Positions 24,613 through 25,697 of a stretch of 25,697 bases of DNA are shown here, piece by piece. The stretch spans positions 1 to 25,697 of the IMG/VR virus record IMGVR_UViG_3300049492_000098. One strand, 5' to 3'. The notes beneath the pieces were generated by a model. It was not told the DNA's origin and did no database searches. It saw nothing but the letters and a program-made list of their open reading frames with translations. Source of the DNA: a virus (Duplodnaviria > Caudoviricetes). Each line of letters opens with the position of its first letter. The stretch's first letter is position 1. The position numbers and the translations under genes were made by a program.

Positions 24613-25601
24613 TGGCTGTATCCCCCCTCGTATTCGAACCTCGGACGAATCATCCAGCTGAACCCCAGGCCGCGTCTCGTGACGACAGCCTGGGCTGATT
24701 CAAAAGCATCGTGTTCATAGTAAAGGTCGAGACCTCGGAAAGGGAAAAAGCCCATGCGTCCGTAAGTGGTGCGAACCACTTTTGCAGGGTCGAAGTCTTG
24801 TTGGAGAAATATGTAAGCATGTTTTTTGGCTATTCGGAGTGAATAGCCCTGAAGGGTATTGATACCATCGGTCTGCCTATTGTGTATGGCAAAGTCGATG
24901 CCTTCGATCCGCTTGAACGACAGCTGCCAGAGGAGCTCATCGGGTTCTCCCGAAGTGTTCTTAGGCCAATTGTCCTCATTCTTTTCAATTCTGATATCTC
25001 GCCGGGCTGTCATCAGCTTCGCTTCGATCCATTTGCTATTGTATGTCAGCTGCCCGATGAATCTTTCCTGTCCGCGTCCGAACCCTTGTCCCTTTTTGAT
25101 CGATAGATCATGGTTATTGAGGCCAATCCCAAGAACAGGGAGCCAAAAGCCGAGCTTAATATCCAAACGATGAGAGTCAGAATTGACATTATAACTCACC
25201 CACCACTGTCTTGTTTGGTAAGTCCTATCCCTTCCATAGTATCCAGCACTGCCAAACAAAGTGAGTCCAGCATGCTTGATAGCCAGCTGAGCAACAGTGT
25301 ACATAGGGAACTGATCGCGTTTTCCTGTTTTCCCATCTACCAACTCCATTGAGCGATAGTGTAAACCCAAGTCCACGGTGTCCGATTCAGCAAGCCCTAA
25401 AAATTCCCGCGCTTCCCCCTCACGCGCGAACGTCGCCATAAACTCTTCAGTCATGGCGCGACCGTAGTTATTGAGTGCATCACCCCCATCGACTGATACG
25501 TGGCAGGTGATGCAGGTTTGGTAGCCGTGGACTATGGTTTCAGGATAACCCGAAGCGATATCAGCGATCAATAGAGCCAGTAAGGATGATAGAATCCGCA
25601 A
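24564..25601 (-). CDS. Exported protein with a single CxxCH heme motif and predicted outer-membrane beta-barrel (345 aa)
   Basis: TTG 25601 with AGGGA SD; signal peptide, then YPE...HGYQTCITCHVS..GG..LNNYGR, alternating aromatic strands to a C-terminal LKLWM. Confidence 0.7.
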   Translation of the reverse strand: MRILSSLLALLIADIASGYPETIVHGYQTCITCHVSVDGGDALNNYGRAMTEEFMATFAREGEAREFLGLAESDTVDLGLHYRSMELVDGKTGKRDQFPMYTVAQLAIKHAGLTLFGSAGYYGRDRTYQTRQWWVSYNVNSDSHRLDIKLGFWLPVLGIGLNNHDLSIKKGQGFGRGQERFIGQLTYNSKWIEAKLMTARRDIRIEKNEDNWPKNTSGEPDELLWQLSFKRIEGIDFAIHNRQTDGINTLQGYSLRIAKKHAYIFLQQDFDPAKVVRTTYGRMGFFPFRGLDLYYEHDAFESAQAVVTRRGLGFSWMIRPRFEYEGGYSQWEDQSMYQTSLKLWM

Positions 25602-25697
25602 CGGTAATCCCTTTATACTCTGCCTGAATGATTCCAAAATCTTTGGTATTTAGTTTGATCGCAAAACCCCAGCCAATGCTGGATTTATTTGCAACAC
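25561..25697 (-). CDS. 3' end of a probable YceI-family protein (truncated)
   Basis: Hand translation: ...VANKSSIGWGFAIKLNTKDFGIIQAEYKGITVADSIILTGSIDR; the DFGI...V.D tail resembles YceI C-termini. Only 44 residues visible. Confidence 0.5.
   Translation of the reverse strand, partial: VANKSSIGWGFAIKLNTKDFGIIQAEYKGITVADSIILTGSIDR

Overview
A 25.7 kb segment of a tailed dsDNA phage or prophage, siphovirus-like (tail tube gene but no sheath gene in the window). The minus strand from about 12400 to 1 is a morphogenesis operon: RyR-domain protein, small membrane and lipoprotein genes, TerS, TerL, portal, two paralogous morphogenesis genes, scaffold, major capsid, a paralogous virion pair, connector and terminator candidates, major tail protein, a Tad2/DUF2829-like gene, tail chaperone G/GT with a -1 frameshift, and tape measure (truncated). 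The middle holds a divergent lipoprotein plus ribbon-helix-helix module, unknown genes (one with an Ala-rich tandem repeat), and a non-coding region with two palindromic 29-bp repeats before a winged-helix gene (candidate origin and initiator). The plus strand then carries a separately promoted six-gene virion-accessory cassette, RecE/RecT and small early-type genes. The right end has VRR-NUC overlapped by a CxxCH heme-motif beta-barrel gene, itself overlapped by a YceI-like gene end. Best leads: a 70-nt tRNA-like RNA with its own promoter (20994-21063), the YceI/heme-barrel module, the displaced structural cassette, and two nucleotide-signal counter-defence candidates in the late operon. All family calls are motif recognition by eye; no searches were run.
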